Below, piece after piece: positions 53,141 to 64,000 of a DNA stretch of 64,000 bases (position 1 is its first letter; the number at the start of each line of letters is the position of its first letter). Made by a program: the position numbers and the translations under genes. A model generated the notes under the pieces. It saw only the letters and a program-made list of their open reading frames with translations. It had not been told where the DNA came from and searched no databases. This DNA is from Auanema rhodensis (taxonomy: Eukaryota; Animalia; Nematoda): contig CAXKVF010000074.1 in NCBI GenBank assembly GCA_964057225.1, forward strand, positions 682,001-746,000. Reading direction: 5' to 3'.

Positions 53141-56100
53141 GAGATGCGGTTTTCAAAATTAGATTCCCCATGTCCATATTAGTCTAAAAACAAATTTTTA
53201 TTGATATTAGTTCATGGTAACCATGACTTTGAAATTTACGTGAACTTTAATTTATGCTAATTAAATGTACACGTGATGTGCACTTGGTATGTAACTCGCT
53301 TCACGTGAAAGATAAAGAGATGCGGTTTTCAAAATTAGATTCCCCATGTCCATATTAGTCTAAAAACAAATTTTTATTGATATTGGTTCATGGTAACCAT
53401 GACTTTGAAATTTACGTGAACTTTAATTGATGCTAATTAAATGTACACGTGATGTGCACTTGGTATGTAACTCGCTTCACGTGAAAGATAAAGAGATGCG
53501 GTTTTCAAAATTAGATTCCCCATGTCCATATTAGTCTAAAAACAAATTTTTATTGATATTGCTTCATGGTAACCATGACTTTGAAATTTACGTGAACTTT
53601 AATTTATGCTAATTAAATGTACACGTGATGTGCACTTGGTATGTAACTCGCTTCACGTGAAAGATAAAGAGATGCGGTTTTCAAAATTAGATTCCCCATG
53701 TCCATATTAGTCTAAAAACAAATTTTTATTGATATTGGTTCATGGTAACCATGACTTTGAAATTTACGTGAACTTTAATTAATGCTAATTAAATGTACAC
53801 GTGATGTGCACTTGGTATGTAACTCGCTTCACGTGAAAGATAAAGAGATGCGGTTTTCAAAATTAGATTCCCCATGTCCATATTAGTCTAAAAACAAATT
53901 TTTATTGATATTGGTTCATGGTAACCATGACTTTGAAATTTACGTGAACTTTAATTTATGCTAATTAAATGTATACGTGATGTGCACTTGGTATGTAACT
54001 CGCTTCACGTGAAAGATAAAGAGATGCGGTTTTCAAAATTAGATTCCCCATGTCCATATTAGTCTAAAAACAAATTTTTATTGATATTGGTTCATGGTAA
54101 CCATGACTTTGAAATTTACGTGAACTTTAATTTATGCTAATTAAATGTACACGTGATGTGCACTTGGTATGTAACTCGCTTCACGTGAAAGATAAAGAGA
54201 TGCGGTTTTCAAAATTAGATTCCCCATGTCCATATTAGTCTAAAAACAAATTTTTATTGATATTGGTGCATGGTAACCATGACTTTGAAATTTACGTGAA
54301 CTTTAATTTATGCTAATTAAATGTACACGTGATGTGCACTTGGTATGTAACTCGCTTCACGTGAAAGATAAAGAGATGCGGTTTTCAAAATTAGATTCCC
54401 CATGTCCATATTAGTTTCAAAACAAATTTTTATTGATATTGGTGCATGGTAACCATGACTTTGAAATTTACGTGAACTTTAATTTATGCTAATTAAATGT
54501 ACACGTGATGTGCACTTGGTATGTAACTCGCTTCACGTGAAAGATGAAGAGATGCGGTTTTCAAAATTAGATTCCCCATGTCCATATTAGTCTAAAAACA
54601 AATTTTTATTGATATTGGTGCATGGTAACCATGACTTTGAAATTTACGTGAACTTTAATTTATGCTAATTAAATGTACACGTGATGTGCAATTGGTATGT
54701 AACTCGCTTCACGTGAAAGATGAAGAGATGCGGTTTTCAAAATTAGATTCCCCATGTCCATATTAGTCTAAAAACAAATTTTTATTGATATTGGTTCATG
54801 GTAACCATGACTTTGAAATTTACGTGAACTTTAATTTATGCTAATTAAATGTACACGTGATGTGCACTTGGTATGTAACTCGCTTCACGTGAAAGATAAA
54901 GAGATGCGGTTTTCAAAATTAGATTCCCCATGTCCATATTAGTCTAAAAACAAATTTTTATTGATATTAGTTCATGGTAACCATGACTTTGAAATTTACG
55001 TGAACTTTAATTTATGCTAATTAAATGTACACGTGATGTGCACTTGGTATGTAACTCGCTTCACGTGAAAGATAAAGAGATGCGGTTTTCAAAATTAGAT
55101 TCCCCATGTCCATATTAGTCTAAAAACAAATTTTTATTGATATTGGTTCATGGTAACCATGACTTTGAAATTTACGTGAACTTTAATTGATGCTAATTAA
55201 ATGTACACGTGATGTGCACTTGGTATGTAACTCGCTTCACGTGAAAGATAAAGAGATGCGGTTTTCAAAATTAGATTCCCCATGTCCATATTAGTCTAAA
55301 AACAAATTTTTATTGATATTGCTTCATGGTAACCATGACTTTGAAATTTACGTGAACTTTAATTTATGCTAATTAAATGTACACGTGATGTGCACTTGGT
55401 ATGTAACTCGCTTCACGTGAAAGATAAAGAGATGCGGTTTTCAAAATTAGATTCCCCATGTCCATATTAGTCTAAAAACAAATTTTTATTGATATTGGTT
55501 CATGGTAACCATGACTTTGAAATTTACGTGAACTTTAATTAATGCTAATTAAATGTACACGTGATGTGCACTTGGTATGTAACTCGCTTCACGTGAAAGA
55601 TAAAGAGATGCGGTTTTCAAAATTAGATTCCCCATGTCCATATTAGTCTAAAAACAAATTTTTATTGATATTGCTTCATGGTAACCATGACTTTGAAATT
55701 TACGTGAACTTTAATTTATGCTAATTAAATGTACACGTGATGTGCACTTGGTATGTAACTCGCTTCACGTGAAAGATAAAGAGATGCGGTTTTCAAAATT
55801 AGATTCCCCATGTCCATATTAGTCTAAAAACAAATTTTTATTGATATTGGTTCATGGTAACCATGACTTTGAAATTTACGTGAACTTTAATTAATGCTAA
55901 TTAAATGTACACGTGATGTGCACTTGGTATGTAACTCGCTTCACGTGAAAGATAAAGAGATGCGGTTTTCAAAATTAGATTCCCCATGTCCATATTAGTC
56001 TAAAAACAAATTTTTATTGATATTGCTTCATGGTAACCATGACTTTGAAATTTACGTGAACTTTAATTTATGCTAATTAAATGTACACGTGATGTGCACT

Positions 56101-59100
56101 TGGTATGTAACTCGCTTCACGTGAAAGATAAAGAGATGCGGTTTTCAAAATTAGATTCCCCATGTCCATATTAGTCTAAAAACAAATTTTTATTGATATT
56201 GGTTCATGGTAACCATGACTTTGAATTTTACGTGAACTTTAATTTATGCTAATTAAATGTACACGTGATGTGCACTTGGTATGTAACTCGCTTCACGTGA
56301 AAGATAAAGTGATGCGGTTTTCAAAATTAGATTCCCCATGTCCATATTAGTCTAAAAACAAATTTTCATTGATATTGGTTCATGGTAACCATGACTTTGA
56401 AATTTACGTGAACTTTAATTTATGCTAATTAAATGTACACGTGATGTGCACTTGGTATGTAACTCGCTTCACGTGAAAGATAAAGAGATGCGGTTTTCAA
56501 AATTAGATTCCCCATGTCCATATTAGTCTAAAAACAAATTTTTATTGATATTGCTTCATGGTAACCATGACTTTGAAATTTACGTGAACTTTAATTTATG
56601 CTAATTAAATGTACACGTGATGTGCACTTGGTATGTAACTCGCTTCACGTGAAAGATAAAGAGATGCGGTTTTCAAAATTAGATTCCCCATGTCCATATT
56701 AGTCTAAAAACAAATTTTTATTGATATTGGTGCATGGTAACCATGACTTTGAAATTTACGTGAACTTTAATTTATGCTAATTAAATGTACACGTGATGTG
56801 CAATTGGTATGTAACTCGCTTCACGTGAACGATGAAGAGATGCGGTTTTCAAAATTAGATTCCCCATGTCCATATTAGTCTAAAAACAAATTTTTATTGA
56901 TATTGGTTCATGGTAACCATGACTTTGAAATTTACGTGAACTTTAATTTATGCTAATTAAATGTACACGTGATGTGCACTTGGTATGTAACTCGCTTCAC
57001 GTGAGAGATAAAGAGATGCGGTTTTCAAAATTAGATTCCCCATGTCCATATTAGTCTAAAAACAAATTTTTATTGATATTGGTTCATGGTAACCATGACT
57101 TTGAAATTTACGTGAACTTTAATTTATGCTAATTAAATGTACACGTGATGTGCACTTGGTATGTAACTCGCTTCACGTGAAAGATAAAGAGATGCGGTTT
57201 TCAAAATTAGATTCCCCATGTCCATATTAGTCTAAAAACAAATTTTTATTGATATTGGTGCATGGTAACCATGACTTTGAAATTTACGTGAACTTTAATT
57301 TATGCTAATTAAATGTACACGTGATGTGCACTTGGTATGTAACTCGCTTCACGTGAAAGATGAAGAGATGCGGTTTTCAAAATTAGATTCCCCATGTCCA
57401 TATTAGTCTAAAAACAAATTTTTATTGATATTGGTGCATGGTAACCATGACTTTGAAATTTACGTGAACTTTAATTTATGCTAATTAAATGTACACGTGA
57501 TGTGCACTTGGTATGTAACTCGCTTCACGTGAAAGATAGAGAGATGCGGTTTTCAAAATTAGATTCCCCATGTCCATATTAATCTACAAACAAATTTTTA
57601 TTGATATTGGTGTATGGTAACCATGACTTTGAAATTTACGTGAACTTTAATTTATGCTAATTAAATGTACACGTGATGTGCACTTGGTATGTAACTCGCT
57701 TCACGTGAAAGATAAAGAGATGCGGTTTTCAAAATTAGATTCCCCATGTCCATATTAGTCTAAAAACAAATTTTTATTGATATTGGTTCATGGTAACCAT
57801 GACTTTGAAATTTACGTGAACTTTAATTTATGCTAATTAAATGTATACGTGATGTGCACTTGGTATGTAACTCGCTTCACGTGAAAGATAAAGAGATGCG
57901 GTTTTCAAAATTAGATTCCCCATGTCCATATTAGTCTAAAAACAAATTTTTATTGATATTGGTTCATGGTAACCATGACTTTGAAATTTACGTGAACTTT
58001 AATTTATGCTAATTAAATGTACACGTGATGTGCACTTGGTATGTAACTCGCTTCACGTGAAAGATAAAGAGATGCGGTTTTCAAAATTAGATTCCCCATG
58101 TCCATATTAGTCTAAAAACAAATTTTTATTGATATTGGTGCATGGTAACCATGACTTTGAAATTTACGTGAACTTTAATTTATGCTAATTAAATGTACAC
58201 GTGATGTGCACTTGGTATGTAACTCGCTTTACGTGAAAGATGAAGAGATGCGGTTTTCAAAATTAGATTCCCCATGTCCATATTAGTCTAAAAACAAATT
58301 TTTATTGATATTGGTGCATGGTAACCATGACTTTGAAATTTACGTGAACTTTAATTTATGCTAATTAAATGTACACGTGATGTGCACTTGGTATGTAACT
58401 CGCTTCACGTGAAAGATAAAGAGATGCGGTTTTCAAAATTAGATTCCCCATGTCCATATTAGTCTAAAAACAAATTTTTATTGATATTGGTGCATGGTAA
58501 CCATGACTTTGAAATTTACGTGAACTTTAATTTATGCTAATTAAATGTACACGTGATGTGCACTTGGTATGTAACTCGCTTCACGTGAAAGATAAAGAGA
58601 TGCGGTTTTCAAAATTAGATTCCCCATGTCCATATTAGTCTAAAAACAAATTTTTATTGATATTGGTTCATGGTAACCATGACTTTGAAATTTACGTGAA
58701 CTTTAATTTATGCTAATTAAATGTATACGTGATGTGCACTTGGTATGTAACTCGCTTCACGTGAAAGATAAAGAGATGCGGTTTTCAAAATTAGATTCCC
58801 CATGTCCATATTAGTCTAAAAACAAATTTTTATTGATATTGGTTCATGGTAACCATGACTTTGAAATTTACGTGAACTTTAATTTATGCTAATTAAATGT
58901 ACACGTGATGTGCACTTGGTATGTAACTCGCTTCACGTGAAAGATAAAGAGATGCGGTTTTCAAAATTAGATTCCCCATGTCCATATTAGTTTAAAAACA
59001 AATTTTTATTGATATTGGTGCATGGTAACCATGACTTTGAAATTTACGTGAACATTAATTTATGCTAATTAAATGTACACGTGATGTGCACTTGGTATGT

Positions 59101-62100
59101 AACTCGCTTCACGTGAAAGATAAAAAGATGCGGTTTTCAAAATTAGATTCCCCATGTCCATATTAGTCTAAAAACAAATTTTTATTGATATTGGTTCATG
59201 GTAACCATGACTTTGAAATTTACGTGAACTTTAATTTATGCTAATTAAATGTACACGTGATGTGCACTTGGTATGTAACTCGCTTCACGTGAAAGATGAA
59301 GAGATGCGGTTTTCAAAATTAGATTCCCCATGTCCATATTAGACTAAAAACAAATTTTTATTGATATTGGTTCATGGTAACCATGACTTTGAAATTTACG
59401 TGAACTTTAATTTATGCTAATTAAATGTACACGTGATGTGCACTTGGTATGTAACTCGCTTCACGTGAAAGATAAAGAGATGCGGTTTTCAAAATTAGAT
59501 TCCCCATGTCCATATTAGTCTAAAAACAAATTTTTATTGATATTGGTTCATGGTAACCATGACTTTGAAATTTACGTGAACTTTAATTAATGCTAATTAA
59601 ATGTACACGTGATGTGCACTTGGTATGTAACTCGCTTCACGTGAAAGATAAAGAGATGCGGTTTTCAAAATTAGATTCCCCATGTCCATATTAGTCTAAA
59701 AACAAATTTTTATTGATATTGGTTCATGGTAACCATGACTTTGAAATTTACGTGAACTTTAATTTATGCTAATTAAATGTATACGTGGTGTGCACTTGGT
59801 ATGTAACTCGCTTCACGTGAAAGATAAAGAGATGCGGTTTTCAAAATTAGATTCCCCATGTCCATATTAGTCTAAAAACAAATTTTTATTGATATTGGTG
59901 CATGGTAACCATGACTTTGAAATTTACGTGAATTTTAATTAATGCTAATTAAATGTACACGTGATGTGCACTTGGTATGTAACTCGCTTCACGTGAAAGA
60001 TAAAGAGATGCGGTTTTCAAAATTAGATTCCCCATGTCCATATTAGTCTAAAAACAAATTTTTATTGATATTGCTTCATGGTAACCATGACTTTGAAATT
60101 TACGTGAACTTTAATTTATGCTAATTAAATGTACACGTGATGTGCACTTGGTATGTAACTCGCTTCACGTGAAAGATAAAGAGATGCGGTTTTCAAAATT
60201 AGATTCCCCATGTCCATATTAGTCTAAAAACAAATTTTTATTGATATTGCTTCATGGTAACCATGACTTTGAAATTTACGTGAACTTTAATTTATGCTAA
60301 TTAAATGTACACGTGATGTGCACTTGGTATGTAACTCGCTTCACGTGAAAGATAAAGAGATGCGGTTTTCAAAATTAGATTCCCCATGTCCATATTAGTC
60401 TAAAAACAAATTTTTATTGATATTGGTTCATGGTAACCATGACTTTGAATTTTACGTGAACTTTAATTTATGCTAATTAAATGTACACGTGATGTGCACT
60501 TGGTATGTAACTCGCTTCACGTGAAAGATAAAGAGATGCGGTTTTCAAAATTAGATTCCCCATTTCCATATTAGTCTAAAAACAAATTTTCATTGATATT
60601 GGTTCATGGTAACCATGACTTTGAAATTTACGTGAACTTTAATTTATGCTAATTAAATGTACACGTGATGTGCACTTGGTATGTAACTCGCTTCACGTGA
60701 AAGATAAAGAGATGCGGTTTTCAAAATTAGATTCCCCATGTCCATATTAGTCTAAAAACAAATTTTTATTGATATTGCTTCATGGTAACCATGACTTTGA
60801 AATTTACGTGAACTTTAATTTATGCTAATTAAATGTACACGTGATGTGCACTTGGTATGTAACTCGCTTCACGTGAAAGATAAAGAGATGCGGTTTTCAA
60901 AATTAGATTCCCCATGTCCATATTAGTCTAAAAACAAATTTTTATTGATATTGGTGCATGGTAACCATGACTTTGAAATTTACGTGAACTTTAATTTATG
61001 CTAATTAAATGTACACGTGATGTGCACTTGGTATGTAACTCGCTTCACGTGAAAGATAAAGAGATGCGGTTTTCAAAATTAGATTCCCCATGTCCATATT
61101 AGTCTAAAAACAAATTTTTATTGATATTGGTGCATGGTAACCATGACTTTGAAATTTACGTGAACTTTAATTTATGCTAATTAAATGTACACGTGATGTG
61201 CACTTGGTATGTAACTCGCTTCACGTGAAAGATAAAGAGATGCGGTTTTCAAAATTAGATTCCTCATGTCCATATTAGTCTAAAAACAAATTTTTATTGA
61301 TATTGGTGCATGGTAACCATGACTTTGAAATTTACGTGAACTTTAATTTATGCTAATTAAATGTACACGTGATGTGCAATTGGTATGTAACTCGCTTCAC
61401 GTGAAAGATGAAGAGATGCGGTTTTCAAAATTAGATTCCCCATGTCCATATTAGTCTAAAAACAAATTTTTATTGATATTGGTTCATGGTAACCATGACT
61501 TTGAAATTTACGTGAACTTTAATTTATGCTAATTAAATGTACACGTGATGTGCACTTGGTATGTAACTCGCTTCACGTGAAAGATAAAGAGATGCGGTTT
61601 TCAAAATTAGATTCCCCATGTCCATATTAGTCTAAAAACAAATTTTTATTGATATTGGTGCATGGTAACCATGACTTTGAAATTTACGTGAACTTTAATT
61701 TATGCTAATTAAATGTACACGTGATGTGCACTTGGTATGTAACTCGCTTCACGTGAAAGATAAAGAGATGCGGTTTTCAAAATTAGATTCCCCATGTCCA
61801 TATTAGTATAAAAACAAATTTTTATTGATATTGGTGCATGGTAACCATGACTTTGAAATTTACGTGAACTTTAATTTATGCTAATTAAATGTACACGTGA
61901 TGTGCACTTGGTATGTAACTCGCTTCACGTGAAAGATGAAGAGATGCGGTTTTCAAAATTAGATTCCCCATGTCCATATTAGTCTAAAAACAAATTTTTA
62001 TTGATATTGGTGCATGGTAACCATGACTTTGAAATTTACGTGAACTTTAATTTATGCTAATTAAATGTACACGTGATGTGCACTTGGTATGTAACTCGCT

Positions 62101-64000
62101 TCACGTGAAAGATAAAGAGATGCGGTTTTCAAAATTAGATTCCCCATGTCCATATTAATCTACAAACAAATTTTTATTGATATTGGTGCATGGTAACCAT
62201 GACTTTGAAATTTACGTGAACTTTAATTTATGCTAATTAAATGTACACGTGATGTGCACTTGGTATGTAACTCGCTTCACGTGAAAGATAAAGAGATGCG
62301 GTTTTCAAAATTAGATTCCCCATGTCCATATTAGTCTAAAAACAAATTTTTATTGATATTGGTTCATGGTAACCATGACTTTGAAATTTACGTGAACTTT
62401 AATTTATGCTAATTAAATGTATACGTGATGTGCACTTGGTATGTAACTCGCTTCACGTGAAAGATAAAGAGATGCGGTTTTCAAAATTAGATTCCCCATG
62501 TCCATATTACTCTAAAAACAAATTTTTATTGATATTGGTTCATGGTAACCATGACTTTGAAATTTACGTGAACTTTAATTTATGCTAATTAAATGTACAC
62601 GTGATGTGCACTTGGTATGTAACTCGCTTCACGTGAAAGATGAAGAGATGCGGTTTTCAAAATTAGATTCCCCATGTCCATATTAGTCTAAAAACAAATT
62701 TTTATTGATATTGGTGCATGGTAACCATGACTTTGAAATTTACGTGAACTTTAATTTATGCTAATTAAATGTACACGTGATGTGCACTTGGTATGTAACT
62801 CGCTTCACGTGAAAGATAAAGAGATGCGGTTTTCAAAATTAGATTCCCCATGTCCATATTAGTCTAAAAACAAATTTTTATTGATATTGGTGCATGGTAA
62901 CCATGACTTTGAAATTTACGTGAACTTTAATTTATGCTAATTAAATGTACACGTGATGTGCACTTGGTATGTAACTCGCTTCACGTGAAAGATAAAGAGA
63001 TGCGGTTTTCAAAATTAGATTCCCCATGTCCATATTAGTCTAAAAACAAATTTTTATTGATATTGGTTCATGGTAACCATGACTTTGAAATTTACGTGAA
63101 CTTTAATTTATGCTAATTAAATGTATACGTGATGTGCACTTGGTATGTAACTCGCTTCACGTGAAAGATAAAGAGATGCGGTTTTCAAAATTAGATTCCC
63201 CATGTCCATATTAGTCTAAAAACAAATTTTTATTGATATTGGTGCATGGTAACCATGACTTTGAAAATTACGTGAACTTTAATTTATGCTAATTAAATGT
63301 ACACGTGATGTGCACTTGGTATGTAACTCGCTTCACGTGAAAGATGAAGAGATGCGGTTTTTAAAATTAGATTCCCCATGTCCATATTAGTCTAAAAACA
63401 AATTTTTATTGATATTGGTGCATGGTAACCATGACTTTGAAATTTACGTGAACTTTAATTTATGCTAATTGAATGTACACGTGATGTGCACTTGGTATGT
63501 AACTCGCTTCACGTGAAAGATAAAGAGATGCGGTTTTCAAAATTAGATTCCCCATGTCCATATTAGTCCAAAAACAAATTTTTATTGATATTGGTGCATG
63601 GTAACCATGACTTTGAAATTTACGTGAACTTTAATTTATGCTAATTAAATGTACACGTGATGTGCACTTGGTATGTAACTCGCTTCACGTGAAAGATAAA
63701 GAGATGCGGTTTTCAAAATTAGATTCCCCATGTCCATATTAGTTTAAAAACAAATTTTTATTGATATTGGTGCATGGTAACCATGACTTTGAAATTTACG
63801 TGAACATTAATTTATGCTAATTAAATGTACACGTGATGTGCACTTGGTATGTAACTCGCTTCACGTGAAAGATAAAGAGATGCGGTTTTCAAAATTAGAT
63901 TCCCCATGTCCATATTAATCTACAAACAAATTTTTATTGATATTGGTGCATGGTAACCATGACTTTGAAATTTACGTGAACTTTAATTTATGCTAATTAA

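Larger units (their letters stand above)
37936..64000. repeat. 176-bp tandem satellite array, segment 3 (~148 monomers)
   Basis: Same monomer; register preserved every 2640 bp from 39001 to 62761. Confidence 0.99.

Noticed and set aside
62406-62588. 60-aa ORF in satellite
   Set aside because: The consensus monomer carries the same 34-codon frame; a single tag->tac change at 62510 extends it by chance.
1-64000. CRISPR array or prokaryotic repeat system
   Set aside because: There are no unique spacers and no cas genes; both the 176-bp and the 19/21-bp repeats are contiguous tandem units.

Overview
Eukaryotic satellite-DNA window, not prokaryotic. About 58.3 kb (~331 copies) is one head-to-tail, AT-rich, palindrome-dense 176-bp monomer with very low divergence, no net indels and nested higher-order duplications of 7, 8, 10, 20, 21 and ~60-66 monomers. 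Two non-LTR retrotransposon insertions interrupt it, each with a 5-bp target-site duplication. The first is an apparently intact 5,184-bp CR1-group LINE at 32752-37935 (+), with a 27-unit 19/21-bp 5' tandem array, ORF1, an APE endonuclease/reverse transcriptase ORF2, a ~540-bp 3' UTR and no poly(A) tail. The second is a 482-bp minus-strand insert at 22080-22561, homologous to but clearly diverged from that LINE's 3' UTR. Comparing them reveals an island of strong, apparently non-coding conservation in the 3' UTR (candidate structured RNA). They sit two monomers apart in paralogous copies of the same satellite block, so each paralogue shows the empty site of the other insertion. Host taxon cannot be established; ORF1 reminds me of nematode CR1-type elements (unverified impression).
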